A stretch of 64,000 bases of DNA from Chrysomallon squamiferum (taxonomy: Eukaryota > Animalia > Mollusca), in NCBI GenBank assembly GCA_012295275.1, contig CM022672.1:35402001-35466000 (forward strand). Direction: 5' to 3'. Of the stretch, positions 58,601 through 64,000 are shown in pieces. The notes below the pieces were generated by a model. It was not told where the DNA came from, did no database searches, and saw nothing but the letters and a program-made list of their open reading frames with translations. Position numbers and translations under genes: made by a program. Numbering within the stretch: position 1 is the stretch's first letter; every line of letters begins with the position of its first letter.

Positions 58601-61600
58601 CAAAGGAGCAGACAATTTCAGACACGCAGATAGCTCTGGCTCAGCTCTACGCTCATGTCCAGGCCATGCCAGACTCCAGCAAGAAGAAGAAACTACTCAA
58701 ACAGGTTTCAAACATTTTCAAACATTTTCTTCACCGTTTTTAATCTATAGTCATTGATGTAAACATTTATCAGAATTTTCAGAATGTTGAAATATAATGG
58801 AATTATTTAGTATTCTTCTGCTTCCAGTAATGCATAATTCTTTTATATATCGAAGTCATTTTTCTTTTTTCACCTGTATTAGTTCTTTGTTGTAATTTTC
58901 TTTTTTCACCTATATTAGTTCTTTGTTGTAATGTTATGTGTTTATTGTTTCAGTTCAACAGAGCTAATGGACTGCCCATAAAAAACAAACATGTCAGAAG
59001 CAAAACATTTGGTGAATCTCTGAAGGTATATACACACACACCTGTACACACACTCAAACACATGTACACACATGTACACAAACGCAAACACACATACACT
59101 CAAACACATGTACACAAACGCTCACACACATGCACTTACAACCATGAATAATATGTTTCTATGTATATCAAATTGAAATGTTTATTTAATTAAAAAAAGA
59201 TTAAAGATAAAATTGCTTAATTCTGAAAACAAAGGCTTTCTTGTGGAGACTGATTTAAAATGGTAAAAACTGATGTCAAACTAAAATACTGCAAGCAGAT
59301 ATTTAACTGTATAAACAAAGGAAGAAAGAAATCATCACACTTTTCTAGTGACTGTTGTTGATAACCTGTGATGAATAAAAGTTAAGTAATATCTTAACAC
59401 TGTTATTTATACTCTTTACTTTATTTACAGAAACACTTTCCAGTTCTGCACAAACACAGGAGACAAGGCTCTAACGAACCCTCTCTCATTTCTAGCTGGG
59501 CTTTGTCAAAGGTAAAACATCACTTTGTAGATTTGTAAATCTTATTAATTATTTAATATTTATATTATTACATATCTCAGATTCTTAAATATTATCTAAC
59601 TGTACATGTCAGTTTAAGTTAAAAAGTCTCAAAAGGAAACCCATGACCCAGTGAATATGAAGATTTTAGTTAAAGCCAAGTAGTTATGTTTTATATTGTA
59701 AGTCATCTCCTAGTTTAAAACTTGTTTACTCTTCTGTTGTGCAGAGGTACAGTGATGGGGAAATGAGGGGGTAGGGGGCTGTGTTTCCCCGGCACAGGTA
59801 TAAAAGGCAACAAAATTTTGTCTTTCATTTATTAAAAAAATTTGTTATAATTTTTAATGAAGTTAATTTTGTGTAGACTTTGTCTCTCTGTTGTAAACTC
59901 TGTTTTTGGCCTGGGAAAAGTGGAAATTGATTCTTTATTTCAGAGGATATTAAATGATAAAAAAAACAAATGTTTCAAGGGTAAAATGCATTCATCCCTG
60001 GGCTCAGAAAACATGAGGTACACTGCTGTGTTACTTTATATAGATGTTACTTTGTATAGATGTTACTTTATATAGATGTTACTTTTTATAGATGTTACTT
60101 TTTATAGATGTTACTTTATATAGATGTTACTTTATATTTCTTGTTTGTAATTTCTGAGTGGTTATTTTATATTTCTTATTTATAATTTTTGAAATGTTAT
60201 ATTTAATATTTCTCATTTATGGTTTTTGATATGTTTTATTTAATTTCTTGTTTCTAGTTTTCTGAGATGTTGTATATTTCGTATTTACTGATTTTGTTTT
60301 TAATTTCTTGTTTCTAGTTTTCTGAGATGTTGTATATTTCGTATTTACTGATTTTGTTTTTAATTTCTTGTTTCTGGGGTATTATTTTATATTTTAAATT
60401 TCAGCCATTTCTGAAGGAATGTACTTACAGTGACCAAGTAGATGTGGGAGAAAGTGACCAGTCCACTCCTCAGAGATACAGGACACAGGTCAGTCACAAA
60501 TCTAAATTCATCTAGTAACATTATTAACCAAAGAAAAATCTTAACTGATATATTACTTGTAATGCCAGGAATATATTAATACTATTAATATTGTTTGTTA
60601 TTATTACTGTTTTTGTTGTGATATTATTGCTATTATTATTATTATTATTATGATATATATTGATTGTTCAAAATAGAAATAGTGCTGATAGTAGCAGTAA
60701 TCTTTTTATTTATTTTATAAAAACTTTTATATTTTTTGTATCTGCTTTATTGGATTAACACTGATGAGCTTATAGATTATTAACATAATTTACATATTTA
60801 TTTTTCTGTCACCAAGTAAATAAATGATTTGTATTCCAGCCGCCAAGTCCTGTGACACACTTTGCAGAGTCTGACCACAGCACACCATCGTCACGCAGCC
60901 CACGCAAGCGACGAAGTAGCGAAGACATGAATGAGAATGCCCCCCCATCTAAAGACAAGAAGTCGATAGTGCTGCCCTCTCTGGAGAATGAAATACACTA
61001 CATACCTGTGAACTTCAAAGCAAAGAAATCACTCAAGTACAACACACCTGATGGGCTGAAACCAGTAGCCATGGTGTCTCCCATCACACAAACCATGAAA
61101 AATGCGCCGTCTGATGTACAGGTAAGGGTCAAAGAGAATATCAAATGTTCTTTAAAAAACTGTCTGCTAAATCGAGAAGATTTCTGGAATCTAACTATTG
61201 TCTGTGACAGTTACCTTGGATATTGTGTCACTAAAATAAATAATAAAAAATGCTATTTTCTGGAATTTAAAATAATTAGCAGGTAAGAATCAAGAAGGAT
61301 AACTCCAACAGCATCCCAAAAATTTCCTAACAAAAATTTTCTAAAGGGAGGACATTTTAGTATGTGTTAAACTGTTGTCAGTGATTGTTATCTTGGTTAT
61401 TGTTTCACTAAAATCAATAATGTTATTTTCTTGTCTTTAAAATAAATGATCTATTAAAATGACTGAAGCTGTTAAACTCTGATGCAGGAAGGAGGTAGTA
61501 TTCAGTTATAATAAGCTTGTGTTTTAGAATGCCAGATTTTGTTGTGTTTTTGTTGTGTTTTTTGGATGATAATTGGGTCTCTGTGTTTGTGTTTTTCAGA

Positions 61601-61662
61601 GAGCAGTGATGACACCTCGATCTCGGAAGCCTATGAGTTTGAGGAACGAGAGTGTTGTGTAA
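53272..61662 (+). CDS. ARHGAP19: Rho GTPase-activating protein 19-like; 12 coding exons 53272-53482, 55710-55793, 56297-56509, 56950-57167, 57523-57609, 57867-57980, 58528-58704, 58954-59025, 59431-59511, 60405-60488, 60840-61121, 61600-61662; about 561 aa
   Basis: In-phase GT-AG exons. RhoGAP motifs EGLFRKSG (Arg finger), LKHYLSELPEPLL and NMMTAEALGTIFAPSL; ARHGAP19-type motifs VAQIYQLIEFL and ALAQLYAHVQAMPDSSKKKKLLKQFN. Confidence 0.88.
55710..55793 (+). CDS. ARHGAP19: ARHGAP19-like coding exon 2
   Basis: KSLFGDCLNEENVAQIYQLIEFLGRPE, GT-AG sites. Confidence 0.88.
56297..56509 (+). CDS. ARHGAP19: ARHGAP19-like coding exon 3 (Arg finger)
   Basis: IKTEGLFRKSGN...LPEPLLTERH, GT-AG sites. Confidence 0.92.
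56950..57167 (+). CDS. ARHGAP19: ARHGAP19-like coding exon 4
   Basis: RhoGAP C-terminal half, GT-AG sites. Confidence 0.92.
57523..57609 (+). CDS. ARHGAP19: ARHGAP19-like coding exon 5
   Basis: LSPTEF...VSFLIENTHHLFT, GT-AG sites. Confidence 0.88.
57867..57980 (+). CDS. ARHGAP19: ARHGAP19-like coding exon 6
   Basis: IPRELAVDVANFW..., GT-AG sites. Confidence 0.85.
58528..58704 (+). CDS. ARHGAP19: ARHGAP19-like coding exon 7
   Basis: TQIALAQLYAHVQAMPDSSKKKKLLKQ, GT-AG sites. Confidence 0.9.
58954..59025 (+). CDS. ARHGAP19: ARHGAP19-like coding exon 8
   Basis: FNRANG...HVRSKTFGESLK, GT-AG sites. Confidence 0.85.
59431..59511 (+). CDS. ARHGAP19: ARHGAP19-like coding exon 9
   Basis: Strong splice sites, phase 0 to 0. 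Confidence 0.75.
60405..60488 (+). CDS. ARHGAP19: ARHGAP19-like coding exon 10
   Basis: GT-AG sites; open only in phase 0. Confidence 0.65.
60840..61121 (+). CDS. ARHGAP19: ARHGAP19-like coding exon 11 (S/T-P rich tail)
   Basis: 282 nt open, CAG|GTAAGG donor. Confidence 0.82.
61600..61662 (+). CDS. ARHGAP19: ARHGAP19-like last coding exon (RAVMTPRSRKPMSLRNESVV*)
   Basis: Acceptor gtttttcag|, TAA at 61660-61662. Confidence 0.78.
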   Translation, partial: RAVMTPRSRKPMSLRNESVV

Positions 61663-62238
61663 AGAGTGCTATAACTGTTCACTTTGAGTTTTTTACCTAG
61701 TCAAGTGTAGATAGGTAGAAACGTAACTTTGTGAGTGCGTGGCTTCTTCAAGTCCAAAAACCAAGTGCTATTAGAGATATTGTTTAGCTGACAATAGACA
61801 TTTCATATTTTAATGCAGTTAAGAATTGTTTTATATATATTTTTTTTTTATTGACAAAACTGCATTTGTAATTTAGACATTGCTAAAAAATATTTTTTCA
61901 TAAATCCTGGAGTTATATTGTTTTATAAAAATTACTTAGTTGAGATTGTCTTTTAATTGCCAATATTTTTATATTTCTCATGTTGAAATACTCATCGGCA
62001 AAGTTTTTTAACATAAAAAGTCAAAATTTCACTGTTCACTATTCTGAAATTGTAAAAGTTCAACAATTATTTAAATTTAAATTTTTTGATTTTTGCTTAA
62101 AGCATTGCTTTTTGTTCATGTTAGCTGTTGTTGTTTGATGGTTTTTTAACTAAGAAATGAGATTTGTTTTATTTTTAAACACAAGTTTTCATTATTTAAC
62201 TTTACCATTACAGCTTGTTAATGAACTGTTGTACTGAA

Positions 62239-62279
<41 letters not shown>

Positions 62280-62775
62280 TATACATAAATACATACATAC
62301 TATGTGTACACACATATGCATACATAATAATAACATGAAAAACAAAACATTTTACTGGTTATAGTAACTAATAATCATTTTTTTAAATGTTTGCATATTC
62401 ATTAGCATTGTAGTAAGTAGCTTTACTGTTAGGTTTTAAAACAAAACCTGCTTTTCTTGAATAATTTATAGATTGCATTGATGCTTGCTTACTTATTATG
62501 TGTACTAACTTTACAAAAAACTTTTTAATTATATGTAGTAATTAGGCACAAGTAATTTGTAGAATATTTAAACAAAACTAAACGTAAAACAATATGTGTT
62601 TGAAATTAAAAGATTTTAAAAAATGTATTCATCAGCTTGTTCAAAAAGTAAATTTGAGTTAGTGGCAGATAGTGTTTATCTTGAATGTAAATATGACCAA
62701 ATCAAAGAAAATTGTTAAAATAATATAACACATTTTGCTATGTGAACTTTCTTGACTTTTTATTCCTTATTAACT

Positions 62776-62822
<47 letters not shown>

Positions 62823-63219
62823 CTTTGCACATATATATTCTCACAGATCGAATTTTATCACAACTTCAGTTGTATAGTGTTTATAACCACACTGTTTTAA
62901 CTAACAATTTGAATATAGTTACATTTGTATCTCATAATGTTTTAAATGATCAATTTTATTGTATTGTAATGTTTTAATTCTGACATTAAAATTCAATATT
63001 GTTAACCTTGCAATACTGCAGTGTTTTTTACTTTTTTTTACTTTTAATTTGTTATTAATGATATTTAAAGAGAGAGATTGAGTGAGTGAGTGAGTGAGTG
63101 AGTGAGCGAGTGTGTGTGTGTGTGTGTGTGTGGAGGTGTGTGTATCAATAAGTGTCAGCTCCAAGAGTTTTTGTTTTTCCTTTAGCGTGGTTATTGTCTA
63201 AGCTATTTCAGTTTACATA

Positions 63220-63570
63220 AAATGCGTTTTGGCTTTTGGCTGAATTAAGTGGGAATAATGTTCGTAATGTTGAGAAAGTATTGATCACAACAGAATAACC
63301 ATTCATATAAAATGTACTCAGTATATCATTACACAAAAAAATCCTTTACTTGAGATTGATGTTAGGTATCAGTTCAGAGTTACAAACTTTTCTCGTTTTT
63401 GTTAGTCCTTTTCGGATCAAATTGAATAAATCGGGCAGACTCGGGGCTATTCCGGAAACCTCCCGCCAAACGCGATTCTACGATTAGTTACTGTTTCCGA
63501 CTGCATTCGTGAAATTTGAACACGGCGCATTACGAACATATTCTGAGCCCATTAATGTCGATCGTCAACG
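63220..63570. promoter_or_regulatory. CpG-rich promoter-like block with ETS, E2F and CHR-like motifs
   Basis: Local CpG cluster; CCGGAA at 63452, TCCCGCCAAA at 63461-63470, TTTGAA at 63515-63520. Confidence 0.5.
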
Positions 63571-63965
63571 AATCATATCAGTTTATTAAATTATTAAATA
63601 AAAAAAATGTATTTTTTTTTTTTTTTAAATATATTAAAATAGATCTAGAACACATTCAAAATGTTTCCAGAACTTGGTTGGTATTTATACGAAAATGGAC
63701 AGAATCTTTAACTTTAAAGTTTGAAATAAGACTTGGCCACCAAACTGTTTGGAACCACTGCATTAGCCCCATATAACATGCACCAGGTGAATACTGCACC
63801 ACGATTAAGTATAGTCTATAATTATATACACTGTACATACATAAATATATATATAAAAACATCTTTCTCTCTGCATGTATTAAATTTAATTTTAAATTAT
63901 TACTTACAATATTATTTCCAATTAAACGATTTATCAGCTAATTATATGCAAATAAACATTATATA

Positions 63966-64000
<35 letters not shown>

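Noticed and set aside
59944-60017. Possible additional RhoGAP exon (RILNDKKNKCFKGK...)
   Set aside because: The available donors give phase 1 or 2, incompatible with the phase-0 flanking exons; left out pending RNA data.

Overview
AT-rich, CpG-poor, microsatellite-dense eukaryotic DNA with spliceosomal genes, probably an invertebrate animal (a mollusc is plausible, but that is inference). I rebuilt three genes by hand from splice sites and reading-frame phase. (1) A 3-exon + strand gene (2201-3827) whose middle exon encodes a domain resembling the bacterial type VI secretion peptidoglycan amidase Tae4, i.e. a dae4-like horizontally acquired gene. The catalytic Cys position carries Ser, and a cationic C-terminal tail is added. 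(2) ANAPC4/APC4 on the - strand: 23 coding exons from 40478 to 8459, with a 14.5 kb intron rich in enhancer-like blocks. I could not find its C-terminal exons, so the dae4-like gene is probably nested antisense in an ANAPC4 intron. (3) An ARHGAP19-like RhoGAP on the + strand (53272-61662), head-to-head with ANAPC4 across a short CpG-rich promoter near 46.7-47.0 kb. A second CpG-rich promoter-like block with E2F/CHR motifs lies near 63.4 kb. Many minisatellites are tandem copies of real exon-intron junctions. Most ORFs in the supplied track are microsatellite artefacts. All homology calls come from recalled motifs, not database searches.
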